Below are positions 38,901 through 50,052 of a stretch of DNA of 63,989 nucleotides, piece by piece. The first letter of the stretch is position 1. Every line of letters begins with the position of its first letter. A program made the position numbers and the translations under genes. The notes below the pieces were generated by a model. That model saw only the letters and a program-made list of their open reading frames with translations. It did no database searches and was not told where the DNA came from. Source of the DNA: Paraspadella gotoi (Eukaryota; Animalia; Chaetognatha); NCBI GenBank assembly GCA_051294375.1, contig CM119268.1, positions 8,103,468-8,167,456 of the forward strand, written 5' to 3'.

Positions 38901-41900
38901 AACATTTTTAAAAAACTTTTACATTGTATTAATCCTTTCTTTTTGTTTTTTGAATTATTTAAGAAGAGAAACGAAAATTCATTATTGACAACAATAATTT
39001 TGTTTTATTTTTAATCGGACATGTTTCGATTCTATAACTTTTGAGTCTTCATCAGCATTTAAATTTACAAACTCAATATTTAAAAACTGAAATGTTTTTG
39101 ATTTAATGCTAATAAAAACTATGAAGTCCTAGAGTCGAAAAATGTCCGATTTAAATAACAACAAACCATTGTTATCAAATAACAAATTTTTGTTTTCTCT
39201 CCAAATAAAAACTTTTATATAAAAAGGTATCAATATTAATATCTTCTGAAAAGCTCTTGAAAATTTGAAGAAAATGATATATTTAAGAATATTCTAACGT
39301 GAAAAAAGCCTAACCAGCTTTAGTTTAATTAAGATAATCCAAATTGAAATAATAAAATACTAAAATAATTTTTTTTAAATATCTGACCTATTCTTACTAT
39401 AATGATCTTACTAATTATTGTTTATATTAAGTATCATAAAAAAGCTTAAGAAAAACTTAATAAAATAGCTAACAATAATTTAATAATTATTCAAAAAATT
39501 CTTTAAGAAATTTTTAATTTAATAATTATCTTAAAGCTCGATAGGCTATTTTTAATATTACAGTATTTTTTTATTATGCCAATCTCTTTTATATTTTAAA
39601 AGCTTTCAGAATATATTATATTGATACCTTTTTATATAAAGTTTTGTAAAAAAATAGTTAAAAAGTTAGAAAAACAGATTGAATAAAAAAAATAAAGTTT
39701 TAAAATGAAAACACAATTTTGAAGGCAACTTTTTCTCTGCTCAGTGCCAAGTCAAATCAAAACCAATCAATATAAAATTTGGTTATATAAATGATTTAGG
39801 TTTTTATTACAGAAAAACTTTTTCAGATTAAAAAAAATTTACAAATTTGTAAATGACGATTTTTTTTTAGCGGCGGGCTGTTGTGTATCACCTTGTAGAG
39901 TTAAAATACTAGGTTAAGGTTTTAGCTTGGCATGAGATAAAAGGTTAGGGGGTTAGGGCTAAAAAAATGGCCTGCTGTAAATGATGCAAGATTGCAAATA
40001 AGATAAATTAATTAGGGTTAGGGTTTTTATTGGTTCATTCAGGGTGAATGGGAAGGCTTATTATATCCCCATTATTCCTGGCCAGTCCCTTTTCAAACCC
40101 TGAACTTGACCAATGCTTTTTGTCTATCACTTAGTCCGACCTTAATAAAAAAAGATTGACAGGATACCCGAGTATGGTTATTCCTTTCAGGCATATAATA
40201 TATCCTCTATTTTCCCGGCCGGGGGAGCCAGCTCATTTTGAGCTCTTTCTTACACTTACTTTCACTATCACTTTACTTAACTATCCCTCACCACTTATTC
40301 TTCCATTTCAAATTTCACTTTAATTCACTTTATTTATTTATTTAGTTAGAACAAATTTAATATATTTTTATTTTTGTTAAATATTAGTTTATCTTTAAGT
40401 TTGTTAATTTAATTTATTCCACTATATCTCTATTGTACATTACCAATGTATTGATATTAATTTTTCTCTCTCTTTCTCTCCTTTCTCTCTTTTGACTTTT
40501 CACAAAAATTTGCTTCTTCTTCCCTGTCCTCACCTTTAGCTGTCCTCACATCGGGCCACTGGCTCTTACCCCTATTCTTTGTTGGAAAATCTCTCTCTCT
40601 CTCTCCAAAACTTAATATTAACAGAGAAAAAATTGTTGATTTCAAAACTGCTGATGAAGGCTCTAACCCTGTGAGCCAAAACATATTCTGACTTAAAATT
40701 TTGTCAATAAAAATTTGTTGTTCAAATTCAAAAAACTGTTATCTCCTTAATACTATTGAAAGAAGTAAATTAATATGATGTAAGTTTTATGGTATATTTT
40801 TGGATTCATTAATTAAAAGTTAAAATAAAAAGTATTATATTAAAGTAATTTAATTTTTTATCTTTTAAATAGATATGTTTTCAACCATATGTAACAAAAA
40901 TTGCAAGTATATAATAGGAAAAAAAATTAGTAAGCAAAATAACTTTTATTATTATTATTATTATTTAAAATATATTATTGAAAAGCTTTGCCTTTAATCA
41001 GACTGCTGTATTAAGTAAGGCAAAGCATATTCAGGGATAAAGTATTTATAATAAATTTAATAGATTAAAAATAAAGAATTATTATTATTTACTTAATCTT
41101 ATATATAATAAATATGTGTTATTATATGATAATCCTTTCTTTTCGTTGTAAATGATTTAGAGAAAAACAAAGTTTTATTAGTTTCAACGAATTTGTTTTT
41201 ATTGGAAAACAGACATGTTTCGGCTTTTGGTTTTCAAGCCTTCTTCAGTGTTTGTGAATTAGACAAAATATTGTGCAAAAGAAGAGTGAGAGAGAGAGAG
41301 AGAAGAGAAAGTTAAAGTTTCCAACAAAGTGGTGAGACAGAATAGTGGTCAGAGGTGAGGACAGGGTAAGTGAACACAGATTGAGTGAGTTTTTGAAAAG
41401 AAATGAAATTTGTTAGAGAGAAAGAGAGAGAGAGAGAGATAGACTTAACAGGGATAAATAAATAATTAAAAATAAATTGTGCAATGATACAACAGTGATA
41501 ATGTTAAAAATGAAAAAGATTGGTGAGAATTTTTAACAATCAAAAGAGTGAATAAATAATTCAATATGTGTACTTATTAGCTAAAGAAATTTGGTGAAAT
41601 GTGAAGTTAAAAAATGAAAGAAAGTTTAGTTTATATTTTTATTGCTATATAAGAGCCTAAGAAATTGAAATTTAAGGAGTAAGAAAGAGCTCAAAATGAG
41701 CTGGCCCCCTTGGTTGTGCAAAGGAAGGACATAGGGGATGGTGACGGGTCATTGCGCGTCAGTGGCTGAGAGGAGAGTGTGACCGAATTGTAAGTGTTGG
41801 ACTGGGGACTGAGCCAGAAGGAAAGATCCCTAGTGCCACTCTTATGTCTCTTTGGCCTGATACGCCTGCCGACTGCCCTCGTCTTGCCTGCTGGCGAGGT

Positions 41901-44745
41901 GGGCGGTTGTCTGTTCTTGCCGCTTTAGCGACAGGAGTGGTGGACTCCTCTCCCTCCTCCTGAAGCGGTCGATCGCTCTCCCTCAAATGCAGCAACTCAG
42001 TCCCTTTCTCTGGTGACTGGGCGTCGCCCTAAACGACCGCTTCAGGAGGAGGGAGAGGAGTCCACCACTCCTGTCGCTAAAGCGGCAAGAACGGACAACC
42101 GCCCACCTCGCCAGCAGGCGAGACGAGGCAGTCGGCAGGCGTATCAGCCAAAGAGACATAAGAGTGGCACTAGGGATCTTTCCTTCTGGCTCAGTCCCAG
42201 TCCAACACTTACAAGTTCGGTCACACTCTCCTCTCAGCCACTGACGCGCCAATGACCCGTCACCATCCCCTATGTCCTTCCTCCACAACCAAGGGGGGCC
42301 AGCTCATTTTGAGCTCTTTCTTACTCTTAAATTTCAATTTCTTAGGCTCTTATATAGCAATAAAAATATAAACTAAACTTTCTTTCATTTTTCAACTTCA
42401 CATTTCACAAATTTCTTTAGCTAATTAGTACACATATTGATTATTTATTCACTATTTTGCAATTGTTAAAATTCTCACCAATCTTTTTCAGTTTTTAACA
42501 TTATCATGTTGTACATTGCACAATGTATATTTTTAATTATTTATTTATCCCTGTTAAGTCTATTCTCTTCTCTCTCTCTTTCTCTCTAACAAATTTCATT
42601 TCTTTCAAAAACTCACTCAATCTGTGTTCAACTTACCCTGTCCTCACCTCTGACTACTATTCTGTCTCACTACTTTGTTGGAAAACTTTAAACTTTCTCT
42701 CTCTCTCTCTCTCTCTCTCACTCTTCTTTTGCACAATATTTTGTCTAATTCACAAACACTGAAGAAGGCTTTGAAAACCAAAGCCGAAACATGTCTGTTT
42801 TCCCAATAAAAACAAATTCGTTGAAACTAATAAAACATTGTTTTTCTCTAAATAAATATATGATATTATATAAATTATAAAAATAGAAAAATAGAAAATA
42901 GTAAAACAAGTAAGTTGAAAATTTTCATTAATTATAAAAATTAATATTATATTTTTTTAAATATTTTTTTAATTTGATAATTATAATCTTATTTTATTTT
43001 TATGGAGCTGGAGCCGGGCATTTTTATTTCGGCTCCGGCTCCAGCTCCGGCTCCGGTCAAAAATTTTTTTCGGCTCCGGCTCCAGCTCCGGCTCCGGCCA
43101 GATAAAAATTCTGGCTCCGGCTCCGGCTCCGGCAAAAAAAGCTCGGCTCCGGCGGCTCCAGCTCCGGCTCCGGCTCCGGCTCCACATCCCTGATTATGAA
43201 GCTTTTTGATAAATTTTCCCATTTTATTTTAAAACATCTAAGTGTAAAAAATCATATTTCCTAAACCAAAATGTCTTTATAGAGTGTCTAGAATTTAAAG
43301 TTATAAAGTGGCGCGTTTTTTTAGCACATGAGTGTACAATGGTTGTTTATCACTGATACTTTGTCCGTAAACCCATCCTTTTTCTACATGAAGCCAGTGT
43401 CCTTAATTAAACAAAACATTACGATCGTTGTCTTGAACAGGTGGTTCATCTCCGGGCATCTACACTCAACCGTCTTTCCCTGTCACGTCGCCAAAGCGTC
43501 ATCCGTCGATTCAAGAAACCCCGTCGGAGGTTAGGACAAAAATAACGACGACGACGACGACGACGATTACGTTCACTTTCAATGACCACTTTATCCTCAC
43601 CATGACCTCTCCTCGCACAGTACATCGCTCGCCGGCCCGAGGGAGAGTACAGCGTTCCGTGGGACGAAACTCGCGACAATCTAGACTCTTTGATGCCGGA
43701 TCTGATTCAGTCGCAGAACCCGAGACACAGGGGTAATAATATAATATAATATATATATATATATATATGTACAATATCTGTATAATAGTAAATGGCAGAG
43801 ATAGAAGTTTTTGGACTCTTTGTAAATGTAATACAATAACGAATAATATTAACAATACAATAATGCAAACAATAATACAATTTGTTTTCATGCTCATTTT
43901 TATTGACACCTCCGTTGTTTTTTTGTTCCAAGATGCCTCGGTTTCTTCCAACTGGCATTCGGTGGCGCCAGGAAGCAAAACCGATCTCGTCGCCAACAAA
44001 AGCGCATCGCGGCCATTGACGGAGCCGACGACGAAAGCGTCGAAAAAGTCGAAAGACAAAAAAGAGAAAAAGGAGGAAGAAAAGAAGAAGAAGAAATTGA
44101 GGAGATCCAAAGAGGACAAACTCGACGAGATAAACAAAAGGGAGGAAAATCAAAACAAAGGAGAGGATGGCAAAACTCGGATGGACGAGAACGGTAGAGC
44201 GATTGGCGGCGGGACCGACGATATCGACGACTCAGGTGAAATGGACGTACATTAATAACTGTTTAATGATTATTTCAAAAATGTATATAATGTTATATAT
44301 GTATAAACATTTGCAAATTACTCTTTTCACTATTTTCTATTTTTATATTTTATGAAGGATTGAGTATTTAATCTTATTATTTAATCAAATATATATTGCT
44401 TTCTTTCCTAAAAATTCTAATAATTCAATTTGGGAAGGGGAAATCAGCGTTGTCTTCTGGAAATAGAGGGAGCATCTATACAACACAAGGTTAGATTACT
44501 TCCTGTCCTAGTTTTCTAATAGATATCACACATCATTTCTGTTAGAAAGTCAGTATAAAGTTAGTATAAAATAATTGAATTTTAAACAAATCAAATCAAA
44601 TCTTGCTCTCCCTCCCCCATTTTCAGAACGCCGTCCTTCGGTTTTGGGCGCGGAACCTGATTTAGAATTCCAGAGCATTTCCGAAAACATCTTTATGAAG
44701 AAGAATCAAGTTGTGAAGCGACCGGGCACTCAGATATCCTCTTGA
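33200..44745 (+). CDS. Type I membrane protein: signal peptide, one CUB domain, TM helix, ~420-aa cytoplasmic tail (13 exons, about 630 aa)
   Basis: Exons 33200-33266, 33406-33434 (weak donor), 34036-34134, 34508-34624, 34705-34797, 34866-35031, 35495-35612, 36224-36697, 36886-36992, 43441-43529, 43621-43732, 43933-44235, 44627-44745, all in phase (1893 nt). CUB pattern: C...GQIFSPEYPNGLP...C...LVFDFEEIFL...C..QDHIHV...LGFYC. TM: VWASGTVFVVVVFLVVPFVVVTC. Confidence 0.8.
37935..38665 (+). repeat. Degenerate interstitial TTAGGG-rich minisatellite
   Basis: Recurring ggttagggtt units separated by ~25-40-nt spacers; the pattern resumes at ~39910-40025. Confidence 0.75.
38714..39862. mobile_element. 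~1.15-kb compound foldback (MITE-like) with two internal hairpins
   Basis: The outer ~170-bp arms are inverted (aattgtcatttgcaaacttgt... vs ...acaaatttgtaaatgacgatt). Internal palindromes lie at ~38963-39200 and ~39208-39645. Confidence 0.7.
39013..39060 (-). ncRNA. Minimal hammerhead ribozyme-like motif (weak stem I)
   Basis: Minus strand reads CTGATGA-A-GACTC...GAATC-GAAAC-AT-GTC. Confidence 0.55.
40225..40760 (+). mobile_element. Diverged relative of the hammerhead-bearing terminal repeat, with a degenerate hammerhead
   Basis: It shares gccagctcattttgagctctttcttac and the overall layout with 42297-42850. CTGATGA-A-GGCTC...GAGCC-AAAAC at ~40651-40682 has lost the G of GAAA. Confidence 0.6.
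41207..41253 (-). ncRNA. Minimal type I hammerhead ribozyme (left arm)
   Basis: Minus strand: AAACA-CTGAAGA-A-GGCTT...AAGCC-GAAAC-AT-GTC-TGTTT. Confidence 0.8.
42754..42800 (+). ncRNA. Minimal type I hammerhead ribozyme (right arm); predicted cut after C42795
   Basis: Stem I AAACA/TGTTT; core CTGAAGA plus an extra A; stem II GGCTTTG/CAAAGCC; GAAA; minimal stem III in the palindrome ACATGT; GTC cleavage triplet. Confidence 0.85.
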
Positions 44746-45315
44746 AAGGCGCTCCGATGTCAGATGCAAGCGTCGGCATCGCCAGCTGTTACAGCATTAT
44801 TTACATTTAAATCGCTCTTTTATTTTTAAATTATTTCTTTATCACTTGTGAATTATTGGCGTAATAAAACTCCTGTCTTGTATGAAGATGTTTTTTATTA
44901 CTCTTTAAAATAATAAATCGGTGTGAGATTTTTTTTTACCTCAGCTAAACTCCCTAAAATAATAACAAAAACAAAAGAAAAAAATCATTATTTATATATT
45001 ATATATTATGTATCTTAAAACAAGTTCGAGCAAACAATGTCGGATCTTCCCACGATAATTATCAGTAATTAATAAATTAATTATTAATTAAATAATTAAT
45101 TAGGTAATTAATTANNNNNNNNNNNNNNNNNNNNNNNNNNNNNNNNNNNNNNNNNNNNNNNNNNNNNNNNNNNNNNNNNNNNNNNNNNNNNNNNNNNNNN
45201 NNNNNNNNNNNNNNCGCGAGAGAGAATCGAGGTCATGTTCCTTGACATTTTTACTCGTTGCCCTCGCAAGGCCACGAAATCCAGGTAAAGAGAAAAAAGC
45301 GCGGAATAAATGGCG

Positions 45316-46079
45316 ATAATAAAAGTTTTTAGAAGGAAAAAAATAATCAGAATTTATCAAAAAACGAACGATCACGCAAGAGATCGTAAAGAGAGAAAGA
45401 GACAGAAAGAGAGATAGAGAAGAGAGAGAGAGAAAGAGAGAGAGAGAAAGAAGTTGAACAGACGCTGCATTGGCGGAACTCGTTTACTCGTCGCCAAATT
45501 AAAATATATTTACTATATACTAATTTGATATTGCAGGTAAGTACTATAATCAAATTAGCATTTAGTAAATTATAATGAAGTGGAAATTCAAACAAAAAAT
45601 ACTTGAATCGATATGAAACAAAGAAAATGGACACACATTTCAACTTCATCACTGCCTCACTAATGGAACTTGATAAATAGATAAATTGTTTGGTAGTTAA
45701 ACCATAAACGGCAAATAGGCAGTAAAAAATGATCGGCATATAGCATACAATCCGGCATATTCAAATTTGTGAAAAAAAATTTAAGGTTTTTCGATCAACA
45801 ACATTGGACAGAGTATAAAGATTTCTTCTGGCAATGTAAATCTGTATTAAATATGTTATTTGCTTATTATATATTTTTCTTTAATAACAATCATGTTAGC
45901 GACGGAGAGAGATGGAGAAAGCGTAAAATTTCTGACGTATGAGTTATTCTTCACTTTTTTCTAAAATAAATCCACAGAAAATCTTGGATGTAAATTTGGG
46001 ATAATGGTGATAATAAAAGTTTTTAGAAGGAAAAAAATAATCATAATTTTTCAAAAAACGAACGATCAGCAAGAAATCG

Positions 46080-46124
<45 letters not shown>

Positions 46125-46580
46125 TCACAGAGAGAGACTCACAGAGAGAGTCAGACAGAGAGAAACAAAGCTGGACAGCTGCTGGAAGGCCGCTGTACAG
46201 TCACTGCAAAGACTGAACTCGTTTTTTCTAAAAGAGAAAATAATTTAAGAAATAAAAGAAAGGCAAAAATATTTTACAATTGTTTACAATTGGAAATTTT
46301 TCCAATTTTTTCCAATCGCAGCTTGTAAAAGATTTAATAATATTTGTATTAAAATTAAGATATAGCTTCTCATTAAAAAAATCCTTTTGAGTTCCCATTT
46401 TTATTAAAAATTTATACAAAATTTTTTGAATTTCATCTTCAATATTATATACTGCAATATGTAATATAGATAAAGCATTTCTATATACTAATTTGGATAT
46501 TATAATGAGTACTTTAATCTCATTTGCATATTGCAGTAAATCATAATGAAGTGGAAATTCAAACAAAAAATACTTAAATC
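45316..46580 (+). repeat. Two diverged local copies of an AG-microsatellite-containing element (~45316-45610 and ~46010-46580)
   Basis: Shared blocks: ataataaaagtttttagaaggaaaaaaataatc, aaaaacgaacgatca and ataatgaagtggaaattcaaacaaaaaatactt. Confidence 0.7.
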
Positions 46581-46731
46581 CAAATGTAATATGAAAATAT
46601 CACAGCTATTTCAAATGAAAAGCCATATCTAAATTTTTAACTTACTATGATCGCACACTTTTGTAAAAACGGTAAGTCACAGCCAACCTATAAAAGCGTA
46701 GTAGTTTTTAATATATGAAAACAGCGTGACG

Positions 46732-46769
<38 letters not shown>

Positions 46770-46975
46770 CGACGACGACGACGACGCGACGACGACGCCG
46801 ACGGACGACGACGCACGCCGAGACGACGACGACGACTCCGTCACAAAGAAGCACACTAAACATTAATAGGAGCCTGACCCGGCTTCGCCGGTCAAGGCTC
46901 GATAAAAATAGGGCATCTAATTCAGTCACGAAAATGTTCGTGTCCCTTCTCAGGTCTTACGGACTACTGAGAAAA

Positions 46976-47008
<33 letters not shown>

Positions 47009-47429
47009 CAGAAAGGGGCCCTATCAAAATAAGAGAACTAAGAAAAAACAAACTCTAAGAAATATTTAGTCATCATGTGACCTCGAACTAGAGAACACGA
47101 AAAAAAAAGAAAGAAAATAACACGAAATCTAGAAAATTCTAAAATATTTTATCGGTGGAATTTCCTCTTAGATTTTTTCAGAACTCGTTTTTTCATCGTT
47201 AGTCAAATCCGATTTTTGTTATTATCGCAATCGACGAATTTTGGAATTTATAAGAAATATCGCCAGTTATTTTATTATAGATATACTACCTGTTACTGAC
47301 TTGAAGCGATTCGTAGCGCGATAAGCCGATAAGGCCCTTGGCCTTATCAACATCTTTGGTCGGCAGATTCTGAGGCCGAAATCCCGGAACTACCCTCTCC
47401 TCAAACTCTCCCAACGCTCCGTCAGTAAA

Positions 47430-48885
47430 ATGCCGCGGACGCCGCGACTCTACAAGACGTTGGGTCTCGAAGTCGACGCCAGCGAAGACGCGGTGAAGAA
47501 GGCCTTCCGCAAGTTGGCGCTCAAGTGGCATCCGGACAAGAATCCCGACCACGCGGCCGAAGCCACGAAGCGGTTCAAAGAAATCTCCAAAGCCTATCAG
47601 ATCCTCTCGGATCCAGTCAAACGAAAGGCCTACGACGATGGGAGAATAGACGCGGACGGCGAGGAAATTCCGCCGCCGCAGCCGCAGCGACGCAGCGGGA
47701 CTGGCGACGAGGACGACGACGACGACCAATACGAAGACATTGACGACGACGAGGAGGATTCGCCGGATCATCGACGTCGTCATCGTCGCTTCGGACGTCG
47801 CTCGGGCGGCGACTTCGCGGGCTTCGTCTTCGAGGATCCCTTCAAAGTCTTCGAGGATTTCTTCGGCGCGCGGAGTCCTCTCGTCGATCTGATCGACGCG
47901 GTTGTCGGTCCCCGATTCGATCGCCTTCGCGTCGAGGACGACGACGATAGCGACGACGACTACACCGACGCTCGCGGCCGTCCACGAAGGGGCGCCGTCA
48001 GGAACGTCAGCAACAACAACGGACGTGACGGAGGGGCCGGGCTTCGTCGGGCGCCCCGGCATCGCCGATCGGACGCCGCCGTCGAAAATCCTCCCTCCTT
48101 CACCAACCTCTTTGCAGATGCGTTCTTTTCCAATGCTTTCGATAGCAACCGGAGGTCGGACGCAGTCAGAACCCAGGTAAGGAAAGAATTTGAGGGAGCG
48201 AGGGATCCAGGGACCAATATAAGTAGTGGCCCTTATTCGGAAAAGATGTTGGAAAATAAAAAAGTAATGGTGAAAGAAAACTAAAATAGACGAAGGAAAA
48301 AAAAATCAAGAAAAAATGTTGAAAAGAAAAGAGTTGATTGGTATTCATGGAAGAGAAATTCTTTTTTAATTTTTAGTTATAATGTCAAAGGTTTAATAAC
48401 CCTGTACTGTCAATATCCTATTTAATTAAATAAGTAACTACTTCTATAATATGAATTATGAATGTATTTAAGATAGAACTATTTACCAGCGTGATTCGGT
48501 CAGCACATACGCGCCCTTGGCCAGACTCGGCTATCAAGTTTGCCGTAAACTTCTTCAAAAGCCAAGTGAACAAGTAATATTTCATAGTATTCTTATCAAT
48601 TAGATTTAACTATCATATTCCTCATTATTCTTTTTAATTTTTTTTTTTATCTGGCTAGAATAAATGTCCGAAAACTATATTTTTGGAATAAATTAAATCA
48701 CCGACGAATTATTCAAGAATTCCACCCGTTTTCGCTCCCCGTTTTAGGTGACGTCTTCGAGACGCACGGGCGGGAAGAACGTGGTTACGCGTCGCATCGT
48801 TGACGATCGCGGGGAGACGACCGTCGTCGAAGTTGACGGCGTCCTCAAGAAGAAGATCGTCAACGGGAAAAAGGTCTTTGGATGA
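47430..48885 (+). CDS. DNAJB6: DnaJ class B co-chaperone, DNAJB6/DNAJB8 (MRJ)-like, 294 aa, 2 exons
   Basis: Exons 47430-48176 (donor GTAAGG) and 48748-48885. J-domain [12 protein letters not shown]; [15 protein letters not shown] helix; C-terminal [33 protein letters not shown] matches the DNAJB6 C-terminal domain pattern. Confidence 0.85.
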
Positions 48886-50052
48886 CTCTTATGACGGTCT
48901 CGTCGTCGGCGTTCGCGTCAAAACTGACTTTTGTGGATCACGCAGTCTCTAAATTTAAAACTATATTTCTTTCACGAAGTTATTTTTTAATTCGTCGACG
49001 GTTTTTGGTTTTTTTTTTTTTAAAGGGAAAACGGGTTGCTTTTTCTAAATTTCGGTCTAGCGAAAGGACTATGAGATAATTCGTTTCTGGCTTTGTTTCG
49101 TCGTATTGCTTTTTTTGGATAATACACTTGTTATCTATGAAAAAAAATACTATTTTTTATTTTTTTAAATATATACGTTTTTTCTTTATTCTTAAATAAC
49201 AGAGCACAGTTATAAGAATGAATATAGCAATATAAAAAACTAACAAGAAAATCCCTGAATTAAAAATAATAATTATAATATTAATTAAGGTAAAACCGGA
49301 CGTTCTCGCGAAAATTAATGCGAAGTAAGATTTGTTTAAGACTTGTTTAAAATTTATACACGAAGATTTCGGGTTTGCCACACAAAAAACCATTGAATTG
49401 AAGTAAAAGGGAAGAATTCGGGCGTTAATTATTGTCACTACTTATCACTTTTTATGGTATGGGAAGCGAAAAATTCTTTCAAATTCAATAACTATTATAA
49501 ATGCAAAATATTTAGGTAACTTATAAAGAGACAGTCACTCGTTGCATAACATCACTGTAAACGAGAAAGATTTGAATGAATTATCACAATAATTTAGTTT
49601 AGTTACTCATAGTAAAAAGTACAGTTAAGGAGCTGATACATTTTTTATAACCTCCATCTCTTTCAACCATTCGAGAAGTGGCAGTAATATCAACTTTAAA
49701 ACAATAATAAAAATATAATTATCTGTACAAATTTACAATCCTATCTGTGACGATTTAGTGGTCAAGATTATCGCTATTTAAGAAAATCCTAAATCAGAGA
49801 AAACTATTTTCATCACATCATTTGTGTTCCTCAAGATAAACTTAGCACGTTTCATCTTTCTCCTATCGTCAAGAATATACCTGGTGAGGCGACTTACCAC
49901 TAGGACTAATCATGAATTTTAACGACATTGCTCCTACTATTCAGTAGTAAAAGAACATCGTATATGCAGAGAGGAAAGGATTAAAGTCGTCAATTAAATT
50001 ATCGTATTGCGAATTAGTTTGTAAAATATTGTTTACAAGATGTTTGTCACAT

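Larger units (their letters stand above)
41156..42853. mobile_element. 1.7-kb near-perfect palindrome; Penelope-like inverted terminal-repeat pair
   Basis: ~810-bp arms (41156-~41970 and ~42035-42853) are reverse complements around a short spacer. Each arm ends distally in a hammerhead followed by AATAAA. Confidence 0.8.
37465..43192. mobile_element. 5.7-kb non-autonomous hAT-type DNA transposon with nested cargo
   Basis: Perfect TIR CAGGGATGTGGAGCCG / CGGCTCCACATCCCTG. Exact 8-bp TSD ATTATGAA at 37457-37464 and 43193-43200. Subterminal (GGCTCC)n arrays at both ends. No transposase ORF. Confidence 0.9.
37028..43336. mobile_element. Decayed Tc1/mariner-like non-autonomous shell interrupted by the hAT-type element
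   Basis: Imperfect TIRs: gtgcaaaaaaatcgcgccactttat (~37031-37055) and ataaagtggcgcgtttttttagcacatgagtg-ta (~43303-43336). Confidence 0.5.

Noticed and set aside
47286-48062. 258-aa minus-strand ORF
   Set aside because: Antisense shadow of the GC-rich DnaJ exon.
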